A DNA stretch of 64,000 nt from NCBI RefSeq assembly GCF_036321535.1, contig NC_087437.1, positions 46,006,001 to 46,070,000 of the forward strand, written 5' to 3'. Shown one piece after another: positions 23,600-36,379 of this stretch; position 1 is the stretch's first letter; every line of letters begins with the position of its first letter. This DNA is from Camelus dromedarius (Eukaryota). The position numbers and the translations under genes are program-made. Under the pieces are notes generated by a model, which was not told where the DNA came from, ran no database searches, and saw nothing but the letters and a program-made list of their open reading frames with translations.

Positions 23600-24540
23600 A
23601 ACACATTTCAACTGTTTCACCTACCTTCGGGGCACGGCCTAGGGCGGGGGAGCAGGTCACTGTGAGCGGCAGCCAGAGGAAGTGGAGACCTGGGCCAAGA
23701 CCAGCCCCTGACACAGCTTAGCCTCGGAACATCCAATAGCAGTGACAGCAAGCATTTTATTAAGTACTTACCATGTGTTAGGCCTTGTTCAAAACAATTC
23801 TATGCAGATTAACCCATTTAATCCTCGCCACAGCCGGCTGAATGAGGAACTATTATTATCCCCCACCTCCCCCGTCTACAGATGAGGAAACCGAATCGCA
23901 GGCTGACTACGCGACTTGCCTGAGGTTCGCCAGCTAGCGAATGGCAGAGCTGGATTTTCATCCAGGCGGATGAGTTCACGGCAGACGACCGACCCGAGCC
24001 TGGCGGGGGCTGGGCGCTGGCGGGGCAGGGTGGGGGCGAGGGCTGCTGAAGGGCTGCAGCCAGAGAGCATCATGGGTCTGAAGCCGAGCCCGGAGGGGCT
24101 GGGAAGGCTCTCTTAGGGCTGCAGGTGTCATCATCCATGGAAGTCTCAAGGAGCAGGCCTCTCCACTGCTCCTGCAGAGGCTGCATGAGCCGAGCCCCTC
24201 GGTCTCCAGAAGCGCCTGCTGCAGGAACCCTTGCCCCCAGGCATTGAGACCTGCCCCTCCCAGCCCCCCAACCCGAGGCGGGGGCAGCTCCAGGCCATAG
24301 CACACGGTAGAAGCCTGGTAGAAGTCAGGGGAAGGGAGTAGGCGGAAAGGACGGGAAGAAGCGGAACAGCGGTCCTCACTCCGAGGGCGAAAGGCAGCCG
24401 GGCACGTGGGGTTGCCTTTGGGTAGGAAGGTAGCTCTAGTGAGTAAATCCACCTGAAGCTGAGGGCCAGGCTGGACTTCTTCCTGCTAAGAAGTCAGAGA
24501 GCAGGTACAGAGAAGCGAGAGCAGAGAAAGCGACATGAGG
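23600..24540. promoter_or_regulatory. Secondary CpG-rich patch (orphan-CGI-like; possible enhancer or promoter)
   Basis: Local rise in GC and CpG, with a GC box gggcgggg at 23642. About 8 kb upstream of the main island. Confidence 0.5.
23735..23965 (-). mobile_element. MIR SINE, CpG-rich copy
   Basis: 'ttattaagtacttaccatgtg...catttaatcctcgccacagc...tattattatcccc...tacagatgaggaaaccga...gacttgcctgaggttcgccagctag'. Confidence 0.8.
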
Positions 24541-24551
24541 GGCTCAGAAGC

Positions 24552-24716
24552 TGGGGAAGCAAACTTTTACTGTAAAGGGTTAGATAGTAACTATGTTAGG
24601 CTTGTAGGCCATGTTCTTCTTTGTCACTTTTTTCCCCCGCCTACCTTTTAAAAAGGTATAAACCATTCCAGCTGTGGCTAGGTTTGGTCTGAGGGTTATA
24701 GTTTACCAACTGCTGC
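24552..24716. mobile_element. MER58-like hAT-Charlie MITE
   Basis: 'gcaaacttttactgtaaagggttagatagtaa...aggcttgtaggcca' and terminal 'tagtttaccaactgctg'. Confidence 0.7.
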
Positions 24717-26084
24717 TCCAAAGAAATCATAAGTAAACCTCACCATTTTACCCGAGTCTGATCCTGCCCTCCTCACCGATGTTGGCCATTTACCTGGAGC
24801 TAGGGATCCCCCAAGGAGCTGGAGGGGCGCCGTGACAAGGAAACGGCATAGAGTTCTGATTCTGCTGGTGCTTCGTCAAATCTGAGGTATGCTCCACCGA
24901 GGTGCTTTGGGACTCTTTTTGGCAACCCGAAGGTTTGCTCTGGGGATTTTTATGCCATGCACAGCTGCGCACATGAGCAACTCTGCAAGAATTCTGTTTC
25001 ACGCCACATTCCATTTGGGAACTGATGCCCATGACAATACTGCAGAGCAATGATATTCAGTATTGTTCTATTTCAGGGAAAATGGAGTAGCAATCTTTTC
25101 CTCTTGGTATCCAAAAATGTAATGTCTCGGTGTCTTTAAGAGGAGCGAGAAGCTTGCTCTCAGCAGGAAGAAACTGTACCTCTAAGTAAACTTGACTCTC
25201 AGTCATAATGTCTCTTTTAAAGAGCCAAGCTATGCAATAAGGAATTACAGCTGTAAAAAAAAAAAAAAAAAAAAGGAAAAAGGGGGGAAAAGCAAATAGC
25301 TTTATATATTTTGTTATAAGAGGGGCAGCTTATTGTCCTACCATCTGCCCAAAACTGTCTGTCTCATAGACACCAGTATTCTTTTCTCACCCTGAACTTG
25401 AACTGCTGTTTACTAAAGCTATCCTTAACTAACACAAAGGCATAGTTTTAAGGCAGGGAAGTGGAAAAAGGGGAGGGAACTTATAACACTCAGAATATTT
25501 TTTTTAACCTAAGAATTGACAGGAGGTCATGGAATCCAAATAATTATTAGACCTTTCCTATACATGTAACGTGAATTAATGTGTCAAAGAGAACTTATAA
25601 TGCAAGACAGGGGAAGGTTATTGATATGGGGCAAAGGACAGAAAAGTTTTTAGTACAAATGTGAAGTTTGGGAAGAAAAAAAAAAAAAAAAAAAAAGACA
25701 GGGAAGGGGCCAAGAAAAATGCCCAGCTGAGAAACTTCGGTCCACCATGGCTCAGAGGCCTGAAAGGGGCCAGAAAGGTCTTGGAAGCAATTCCTTTATT
25801 TCACAAATCCTGCCTAGGTCCTGCTTAAAGGCAATTCCAGGAAATACCTGCTGAACTCATTGCATTGCCCCTTGCCTGGGCAGCCCATTGAGATCTCCCT
25901 GATAAGGGCTCCTATGTTGACCAAGACAGGCCAACTAGACCACCTATTAACCAAGAAACAGTAACAAGAGAATTGTCCCACAATAAATTTTAGGAAAATG
26001 TTCTGTGGAGGTTTAACATTATAAATTATTACCTACTCAGAGCAGTCTAGATAAATTAATATACGTATTTGGAACTTAGACCAA

Positions 26085-26525
26085 GCAGCAGTGGCTCTCA
26101 TCTCCAGTAACCTCTTCACTACTGTCTTTGCGTCCTTTGGGCTTTCCTCCAAAACGTTTGCACAAAGCAGCTTAAAAACCTCTAATGCCCAGAATTCTCT
26201 GAAGTCCCACCCCTAGATGTGCCCCTCCGTCCCTGGCTCTGTGTTGCAGTCACTGCTACTCCTCCTCTAGGTCTCAGTTCAAGCATCACTTCCTTGGGAA
26301 GACTTACTTGACCACTGGACAGGATCACATCTCCCTACTATTCATCTGATCCCTTTATAACAGGACTCTGCTCCTTCACAGGGCTTATCACGGTGGCCAT
26401 TTTATATGTATTTGTCTAATTGTCTGATCTCTAGTATTTCTTGTCCACTAGACCATGAACTTCATGATGGTGAAGATTATGTTTGTTTTATTTATTAATA
26501 TACAGGACACAGAGTAAGCACTTAA
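26085..26525 (+). mobile_element. LINE-2 3' fragment
   Basis: 'aggtctcagttcaagcatcacttccttgggaag...ccactagaccatgaacttcatga'. Confidence 0.6.
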
Positions 26526-27182
26526 GGTGAGTTATCATTATTGTATACACCTGAAACAGTGGATCAACTTTTCATTTGGAGTCTTTTTAGAATGCTGCCT
26601 ACAAGTTTACCACTTACAAAGTTGACTAAAAAACAAACAAAAAAACCCAAACCCAAATCAACGCATAAGTGTGATGCCAAACTACTCAATCCGATAAATT
26701 ACATAGCATGAGAAACAATGCTATTAGATAAACATAGTATATTGTTTTGAAAGGACAGTTTATTCATGGGGTAGTGTGAGTGTGTGTGTGTGTGTGTGGA
26801 GGGGGGGTGAATTTTATAGCACAACAAAGACATAGTATGGAGTTTTCAGATAAAAGAAATTTTAAAGACTTTTTCAGCTGTGGACAGAGTATGTAGGGCC
26901 CTCCTCAGACCCCCCCAGCCCCATCCCTCACCCCAGTCAGCCTACAGGGCCACATGGTCTACCATTAAGCGTAGCATAGTAGGAACTTTGAGAAGTGCTT
27001 TAGAAAGAGGATTATGAAACACATCCTAAATATGGAAAAAGGATTCCTTTTTCTGTAATCTTTTAAAAATATGAGATCAGAATAATAGTAATAACTAAGA
27101 TCCATGCCTACATCCTCGCAATTTCTTAAGCCTAGATCAGTATGTGGTAAAACATTATATTCTAAAATGTATAATCTCAGCT

Positions 27183-27229
<47 letters not shown>

Positions 27230-27244
27230 CACACACACACACAC
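27183..27244. repeat. (GATA)n followed by (CA)n
   Basis: Direct reading. Confidence 0.95.
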
Positions 27245-27606
27245 CTGATTTATAGGGGAAATACTTGAGCTAGTAGTGTGTCATAGAATTCCCAGTAATG
27301 TCTTAGATCAGGCTTGCATTTGATAAATGTGTTAAATGCCCCAGCTTGATTTAATGTAAAAAAGGTACCTAGTAACACATAAGCAAAAGTGTACAAAAGA
27401 CCCACTCTAACCAAAATGTTTAATAAATGGTATTTCATTATTTTTCACAGATATTTGCTAAAGAAATTGGAGAATGTCAAGAAAAGCAGGAATGGTATGT
27501 TAGGGCTCTGGCCAGCTCTGGACTTGAATTCAAGTTTTTGATCTGAAAGCTCCTCAAGATTTATGCTTTAAAGACAATGCTGGTATCTGGAAGAGATGTC
27601 CCACTC

Positions 27607-27607
<1 letters not shown>

Positions 27608-27641
<34 letters not shown>
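27608..27641. repeat. (CA)n microsatellite
   Basis: Direct reading. Confidence 0.95.
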
Positions 27642-27643
<2 letters not shown>

Positions 27644-28847
27644 GGGTGAGGGATTAAAAAAAGAGTTTATGGAGCAGATTAGAATTGCTCATATGTGAAG
27701 ATTGTTTCCTTTAACCACGGCCCTGTGATTCAGCATTCATAAAATAAATCATTTACAATTTGAACAAGCTAACATCAGGTTCCTGCAGGGCTATGGAAAA
27801 TGGCTTGTGGAGGCTAATAAGAAATAGGGGCTGGAACAAGTGTATGGAGCCTTTGTTCTTGTCCAAGGGGTTGACCATCCTTAGAAGCCCTACAAACCAC
27901 TATTTATGACTCACTCCTCCACCCACACTTCCTCTCTAAGCTCTTAATACCACTTAGGGCTTCTTGCATGGTTCTAGGGTTTTAATTCCACTGCTTCCCA
28001 CTGTTCTCCAATCAACTGTCTTCTCTGTTTATGGGGACCCTGAGAAGGACTGGCTAAGGTATGGTAGACCACGGCGTTTTTCACCCAAACTGACCTAGCT
28101 CCTCCTAAGTGACTAATTACTTGGGCATCATTGAGGCACCAATCCTCCCTATGCGCCTTGTGTGTCCCAGCTTTGCCTGCTCTCAGCTGCCTCAAAGCAA
28201 GCTTCTAGCTAGGTGCAGACCATGTTCTCTCTTCCATACAAGCAGGGCACAGCAGAATTCGAAACTTGTCTTGGTTGTTCCTAATCTGAATACTTTCTAG
28301 TATCTATCCAGTGATACCTACTTCATCCCAGTTGCATTTCATCCCAAGCCCCTGGTCAGGAGGCCGGGCAACAAACCTGCCTTCCCCCAGCCTAGATCCT
28401 CTGATCACCACACTCCTGAGCCCTTCCACCATTCTAGGACATGGGCACAGGGTGGGTGGAAGCCCTGATCTGTATCCCAACCATTAGGCTGAAACTTAAC
28501 TTCTCAGCTGCATCTTGCCGACCCCCTTTTCCTGTTTCATCCCCTCCCATGCAGATATGTCAGCAGGACTACTTTCTGTGACCTACACTTCCTCACCTCA
28601 GCCCCTTTTCTCCTTCCAACTGTACCCTCCCACTTCCCCTCCTAAGCTTTCACTGAATTTGTAGTTCCTCTGTTTGGGTATCAGTTTGATTTTCAGCCCT
28701 GATTTGGATCCCTTGCCTGAGTTTGCTTTGGCTTGAAAGGTTGCTAGGTTCCTATAAATCCTTCTTTTATTCACCTCCTGTCAGTCTAGGTCTGTACCTC
28801 CACAAACCCTTTCATTTGCACATATGCGTGTGGACACACACGTGTAG

Positions 28848-28953
<106 letters not shown>

Positions 28954-29479
28954 CAAAGGAAGCATTCTCTCATTTGCAGCATAGCTAGGGTATACATACT
29001 TCTTTTCCATTAACAGGAACTAACACTGGTGACCATGGAATATTTATGGGGAACAGTAATGGCAATTTTATCCTCGTGGACAGCTCCAGGGAGAAATGTA
29101 AAAAGCTGGGTATCCAGTGGCAGACTTGCCTCCCACCATCATAGAGGGCTCTCCCCAACTCCACAGCTTCCAGACTTCTACCCAATCCAAATCTCTTTAA
29201 CAGAGGGCAGTTCTACTAACAAGTGGGAAAAATGACACTTCCTCTGAGCTGAACAGGAACCTAATCTCTACCCTTTTTCTTCCTCAGAGGACTCCACTCT
29301 CTGCCAGCACCTCCCCACCCTCGCCCCACCCATAGTTCCTAGTCATTCAAGTGACTGGCTCCAGTGTCTTAGAGGGAGCTCAGTGTTTCCTGTGCAACAT
29401 TTCTAAATGCCACCTCCTTGGGAAAAATCTTCCAGCGGACACTAAGCCTTATTAGACACAGAAATGAGTTATGGAAGAA

Positions 29480-29560
29480 GGTTTAGAGTCTCACTCCCTG
29501 GAGGTCTTTAAAAGCAGGATGGATTCTTATCTGTCTGGGATGATTATGTGGGATACTGCT
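29480..29560 (+). mobile_element. CR1/L3 3'-end remnant
   Basis: 'tcactccctggaggtctttaaaagcaggatggat...tctgtctgggatg' resembles the CR1 3' terminus. Confidence 0.5.
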
Positions 29561-32500
29561 AGGAGGCCAGGGGATAGAGCAGCTCGTCATCAACAAATAA
29601 TATTTATTAAACCCCTGGGCATTCATGATACTGTGCTAGAGTCCATATATATTAAAAAATAATTTAAAAGACACAGCTCTTACTCTCAAAGAAGTGTTTA
29701 ACTAATGAAATAAAAGGTTTGCATGGCATACAAATGATAGAATGAATGTCAGCAGTGCTTTAAGTTCTCAAAGCCTGTTGGTTTCTCTTTCCTCTCTTTC
29801 TCTTCTCATACTCCTCAGTTTTGGTTTGGGACTAGGCAGAGCAAGATTTGCAGTGAGCAAATTTTTCTAGCTCATATTTTCCTAGAGCTTGTGAATGATG
29901 TAAAATGTGAGCGGATATCAGAAGAATTAAGTGGGGCAGAAAGCACGAAGTGGCCTCAGTTCTATCATGCAGAAAGCAAGAGGCTGCTGGGTTTGGTCTC
30001 AAAGGATTCTTCACTTTCTAACACCCTGGGATTCTAGGTCAAGAAGTACTAAGGGTCAAGGAGGGGGAAAGGATCATAAGGAGGTGGGAAGAGAGCAAAT
30101 GATTGAATATTCTTCCCATCAAAGCCATAAAATAGTATTGGCCAGGGGTGTATGATTTTCAGCAGACAGACAAGGTGATCCTTCCTGAGAGTCAGCCTGA
30201 TTATATAAACACCTTTTGGCTGAGAAGTGCAAGTTTTGCACAGGAATGGGTCCATCTCACTCCCTCTAGCAAAGCACGAACAATGTGACCTTATCCTCTG
30301 CAGCCTCAGATGTATGCTGTCCAGAAGGCACAGAGCTCAGGACGGCCAATGTATACAACATTACCATGCCTCCAAAAGAAAGTCTCTTTCTGCCATACCT
30401 CTTTTGTCCTTCTTACACATGAAACCATGGCCATTTAGGGACTCAGCCAGTTCACCCAGGTCTTTGTATCTCCTCTGGGTGGACCAATTAGACCTAGATA
30501 CACCTTCCTCCACAGGGACCTACCACTGGCCAGCGAATAGGGCGTGGCCAGAGGGAGCAGGCTGGATGCTAACCCCCAGCAGTGCCATTTATGCCAGGCC
30601 CTACCTAACAATGAGGGGACTTTGAAAATTCTATATACATATGTCTTGTATGAAGCAAATAACTGATTAATTGTGCTTTGTAATTATCTTAAACTTCTCT
30701 GCATAAAGGGAGATGTGAATAGACCAAACTTCATCATTTTATTTTCTTCTAAACATAGTGCTTTTTGACCTCTAAAAGAAAAGCATGGCCAACTTTCCCC
30801 TTAACTTTCAGGAAACCTGGTGTTGTGTACACTAAAAGTGTTACCATGTCATCTTCATGTCCGGTTTATTGGGTATTTTTCCTTCCAGGAATACACAGGA
30901 AATAGGGCGTGGTCCGTCACGTGCCTCTTTCAATTCAGTGAAGTTCTTTGGCTGAGAGGATGTCTTGTTGCTGTCCTCTTCAGCGGAGTCAGGGACCTCT
31001 GAAGGCATGATTCCTGGACTACTCACATCTAGTGGCCTTCCTGGTTTTATTCTTTTTTAATTAAAACATGTAAGTTAAACTTCCATAGATAAATGATAGG
31101 AGGGTGAATTTAATTTTCCAACTATAGCAAGGATCAGCTGTCAGAGAAAAGAAAGTGAGTATTTAGCTTGCTTCACTTACATTGAAAAAAGAGATACATA
31201 TACATATGCCAAATTTGATCCACATACATATACAGCTGGTCAAGTCTTAAATTTTGTTTAGTCAACAATTTAATCTATTATATAATTTGTTAAATGTTTA
31301 GAGTTACACTCTTTTGTTATAATTGTATCCACGAATTAACAGTTTAGGCTTCTAAACATATTGTACAACTACATTGTTATCAACATTAAAGAGTTGATTA
31401 CTTTTTAAAATATATAACTTCTCGTAGAATGCTAAATCTTTTTTTTTTGTTTTAACATATTCTATCATTAAGCAGTTGTTTTTAAAGTACTGATTTACCT
31501 AAGTTTCTAACAGTTTAGGAGAAAAATTTTAAATATAGAAGGATTGATCATGATAAGTCTTCACTCAAGGAATGAATTCTCCTACCAGAAATTTAGCAGA
31601 TCTTCCAGTTTCAAAGATGGAACTAATTTTATTTCTTTGTAGTCAATTGTTAAAAGCTGCTAGTCTGGGGGCCCAAATCCATGCAGGTGAACTTTTTGTG
31701 TTCTTGAATATACATGGGAGAAAGCAGAAGACAGCCAAGTGTCCTTCTGCCTTACTAGGCCCCTGTGATCAAGCTGTTACAATAAATGCAAGAGAAAGGG
31801 GCTGTGGCTCATTTCCTCATGGGCTGTGAGGCTTTGAGCAATTTACGCAACCAGTCTAAACGTTTAGTCTCTTTGTTTGTTAACTGAGGATAATATCTAC
31901 CTTGCAGAGCATTTGTAAATATTTTAAATATTCTTCATAAATTATTAATAATATTGTTTTTCGCAGTAGATGTTCAATAAATGGTAGCTGTGCATTTGAG
32001 TGCTTGTCTCATTTTCCTCCCTCCATGGACTATAAATTCCTTGTGAGTAAGAATTACAGCTCCTGGTATGGACTGTCCCATGTTGTTGGTGATCAATAAA
32101 TATTTGTTGAGTTGAAAATTTCGTTTTTGAAAGGCTTTCAAAGTAATCTGTCCTTTAGCATTTTAGGCCTTTGAATCTGACTCATGTTTTCTTTCAACTT
32201 CCTCAAATCTAACTTCCTGGTGTATAGGAGCGCATTTGACATCGTTGGGTATCACACCATCTAAGGTGACTTGGGCCGCTTCTCCTCAGACTCCACGTTA
32301 ATTTCACAAGTTCTCCCTCTCTTTTTTTGGTTAGAATTCAATGCAAAGTAGCAGTTCATCTGGTTGTTTCTTTTACCCTATAAGAGATGAAACTGTCAGG
32401 AAAACAAGTCACTAATTTATCAGATGCCTGGCTTTTAGCACAAGGAGACCTCCGACAGATGCCCTGATCCCCGAATCCCCCTTTGCTACTTACTATACCT

Positions 32501-32817
32501 TGTTTGTACCAATTTTGTATTTTGTTGGGGGACTATGAAGTTACAACATATATCCTGCTAAGGCAAATTAGTTCTGCCTTAATCCTGGGCAAATATCCTA
32601 TTATTAGAATAGCCTGGGAATAAGTATCAACTTTCTCTGTTCGTTTCCCTTTCTAGAACTCTCCCTGAGACTCAGATTCTAGGGTTCAATATCCTTGCGC
32701 TCTTGCCTTCATCTCTGCCCTAATGAGAAAGTGACCCTAGCCTTTCATGCTTAAGTATTTCTAAAGATGAGCGGCTCTTTTCTTGTCTCAGGTCTGGGCT
32801 TATCCCATTTCTTTGCT

Positions 32818-33308
32818 TCAGTTAGAATGTTTTTCATTGCAAGTAACAGAAAACCAACTTTGCAAATGGCTTTTAAAAACAGAAATCTTCTCTTCCCCCT
32901 TCCCTTGCCCCCACCCCTCCTTCTTCCTCTTCCTCTTCCTCTTCCCCACAACAAGCAATCCAGACCCACAACACTAGGGCCATCGTCACTCTTGACTTGT
33001 CCTCCCCGCTCACTCCCTTCAATCCCCAGATGGCTGCTGTGGTTAGAAAGGCACTGTGCCTGATTCAGGCCAGGAATAAAGTGTGGGGTGGTACGCGTCA
33101 TGTCTGTCTTTCAAACCAAGAAAACAAAGGCCTATCCAGAAGCCCCTAGGTTACCTCAATTTACGTCTGATTGGCCAATACGTGCCACGCGGACGTGCGT
33201 CGGAGCAAGGGTACTCGGGAAAGTGAACAGCTTCTCCAGACTCAGTAGTGAAAAAAGTGAGGGAGCTGGCAGTGACTCTTGGTCAGCCAACCAACAGCAC
33301 CTACCACA
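32818..33308 (-). mobile_element. MLT1K/L-like MaLR LTR
   Basis: Starts 'tcagttagaatg...ttgcaagtaacagaaaaccaact' and ends 'cagccaaccaacagcacctaccaca'. Confidence 0.65.
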
Positions 33309-33467
33309 GCTTTCCAGTACAAACTGGCAGAGAGCTGACATAACAGCTCTGCCAGCAACATCCTAGACCTCGGCCATTGTTATTTATGGTCCTTCTCAAC
33401 GCTAACGACAACCAGAAGTATTATAGATAGTAAAATCTGATACCCACTGCCACAGGCTTTGCCAAGC

Positions 33468-33651
33468 TGTGTTTTCCAAACTTTCCAGATCAAATGAATC
33501 ACTCAGAATACATATTAAACAGAAGCACACATTCCTTGAGATTTCCCCAGAAGAGTCTAATTCGGTTGGTCTGAGGATAGAGTCAGGAATTTATGTTTTT
33601 GAAAAACATGCCAGTGGATTTTTCTTATCAAACAAGTTTGAAGATTACTGG
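33468..33651. mobile_element. MER5-type hAT MITE
   Basis: 'gtgttttccaaact...gaatcac...tctaattcggttggtctg...caagtttgaagattactg'. Confidence 0.6.
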
Positions 33652-35399
33652 TCCAAAGAAGATCTCTGATTAGCCTAGCTCTGGTTGTAAATATTCAGCT
33701 TCTTAGAGCATTATCACGAACAGAGTTGTATTAACACACTTTTTTTCTTCAGATGTTGCTCCACATACTCTTTTTCTATGTTCTTATATTCTTTCTCTTA
33801 CATATTCCTCTCATATTGTTCCTCTCAAAATTTTCTACTCCAGATAAATTCTTCTACCCCGTTTTCTCCTGTGCCATGGTTTCACTACAAAGACCTCTTC
33901 ATTTTTTGTAAATTGTCCCAATCCAGACTTGACCCCACCCTTCCCTTTTATTGCCTAACCTCCAGTTTCCAACACAGGTCAGCATGTCTTTTTCTTCCAA
34001 GTTTTACTTCATTATTTCGGATGTATCAATTACATTCTTATAAAACATTACCATCTTGCTACTGAAGTCATGTGATCTCATTGAACATTTTAAAGAAAAA
34101 TTCTCAAGCTCTTATGTTTACATGTAATCACATCTCTTCTAGACAGTTTTTTTTTTTTTCAGAAGTGGGGAGCGTTGTATGCATGAACAATACACAGAGA
34201 CAAGACACACATGATAAGAGGCAATGAACAAGATGAGGCTGTTGTGGGCTGAAGGGATTAGGCAAGGCACAGAGTAGAAAGAAAATTTGCTTTGAATCTT
34301 GAAAAGTAGTCTGGATTTGGAAAGGCAGCAGTAAAAAAAAAAAAGTTAGAGAATTCTATGAAGCTGGGCACTGTGCTATTTTTCTTCCTTGCACTTACCA
34401 TCTAACATACTTTATATTTTACCTCTTGTTTGCGTCTCCCTACTAGATGTGTATCCCATAATGCAGGAATTTTTGTTGTTGTTATTTTAACTTTTAAATC
34501 CTCAGCAGGGCCTGAAGCAGAATGGCTACTCAATAAATATTTGCAGACTGAAGTGCATGTTGAATAAATGAGTGAAGGAAGGGTCAGATCAGCCTGACAG
34601 AAGCAGTGTTCCAGTGCAGCTGGAGTAGAAAGTGCAGTTCATGAGTTGTAAGAATGTTGGATTTGAGGCAAGAGAGTTTGGAGTTCTCCTTTAGGCAATG
34701 GGAGAGGGAGGGAACATGATAGGCTCCTCGGCACATCCTGCCTCGTTTCTATATTTAGTGTAACTGCTCCAGAGAAATTGGAAAAGGGGATAAAAATGCA
34801 GAAGCAAACCTGGATTCTTTCCTAGAAAAGGATGATTGCTGCTGTGCTGGTTGGTGAGGCTATGAGGTCACCGTGGCAGGCAGTTCCCTCAGGAGACCAG
34901 GGTGGGAGGCACAGATCAGTCAGGTGGTGGGCTGCTGCTGAGGGACACAAGAACATTCTTGGGGACATGGTTCTTTCTTTGGACCCAGGAGCCATAGCTC
35001 TCACATGTGCCCTTCTGCCTTCACCCTCGCCACTTTTATCCTCATCCGCAGCCTGCGTAACCTCACTTGTGGATTCCTAAAAATGCCCCTTAGGACAGTT
35101 AGGCTTCCTTACTTGAGTCTCTTACTGTCCTCTTTTCTTTCCACTCCCGTGCAGCACAAACACACAGTCCTCGTGAGCTGGTCCGCAGTATCACTGCCCT
35201 AAAGGAGTGCGTTCATGATGTAACTTTCCTGATTAAGGGCCACTGCAGATCTCTAGTAAACATCCATTTAACCTGAGCCATCTTTGTCTAGCTTCTTCTC
35301 CCCCTCCATCTCCCTCTCCAACTCTCTCTAACCAGTGATTAGTCTTCTCCACCCATATTCAATGCTTCTATTCTAGTCAAACACAGCTACTCATATTAA

Positions 35400-35620
35400 T
35401 TTGGCAGTGCACAAGTGGGCTGAACATTGTTTATGAGTGTCTGGCCCTTATACACTCACATCTCCCCTGCTTTGCAGGGTCTAGAAACCTGAGAACAACA
35501 TTTCTCATATTTCATTGCCAACAGGTTTCAGATCTCATTTGGGCTCTGCCAATCTGATGCACTGGTGAGAGGTTTGGAAGGCAGAAGGGAGAAGGCAGCC
35601 ATCCTTGGCTTTTCCCTCTG
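35400..35620 (+). mobile_element. LTR33-like ERVL LTR fragment
   Basis: 'aacaacatttctca...ctctgccaatctgatgcactggtgagaggtttggaaggcagaag'. Confidence 0.55.
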
Positions 35621-36379
35621 TTGAAGGTGAGGGGCAGCCTTTGTCATCTCGTCCCCTGGGGCTCAAGACTGTGAAGTCAGCAGAGTTCAGCAGCTGACCT
35701 CCAGACTCTAGGAGGCAGAGGCTCTTTGATGCTTTGTGTAGGGATTGGGCAGGCACCACCCTGCTCATCGGGAGAGATACAGAGGGAACAGATAACAAGT
35801 CAGCGTGGAAATAGCTCTTATTAACGCACTTTTGTGCCTCAACTTTCCCCTTCATTTTAACGTGAGGTAGGAAGCTACACAGCTCAGGAAATTGGAGGAC
35901 AAGTTGTTTCTAATAGTAAATAGATATATATTTTTTTAATGCCACCACTTTTATCTATGAAACAACACAGCTGGTATTTCAGTTAGGTAATATTATAATT
36001 GAGGCTTAAGAAATAATTATATTGGATAATTAAATGCTTTTAAAATCATCGTAGGGTGATGTTTCTGTTCTGTTTTTCTCATTTGGTATTATATTAATGT
36101 AACATTAATAGAAATTCCAAGTGTGTTACTGAATACACATTGATCTGAAAGGGAAAATTAAAGAATACTCTGAATTCCTTACATGAATATACTAGCAAGC
36201 ATCTAAAAAATGTACTAAATTTCAAGACTGATTCTACTCTACACACTAATGTGGAAAATAGATTTTTCCCAATAATTGGATAAAAAAAATACACCCACAG
36301 ATATATCGAGATATTTAAATTAGATCTTTGTGGGCTTTCAAAAAATTATTCTCACACCTTGTTTTCTTTTTCTTAAAAA

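Noticed and set aside
33170..33190. ER-stress element (CCAAT...CCACG)
   Set aside because: The spacing is 5 nt, not the 9 nt required for ERSE, and it does not fit ERSE-II.
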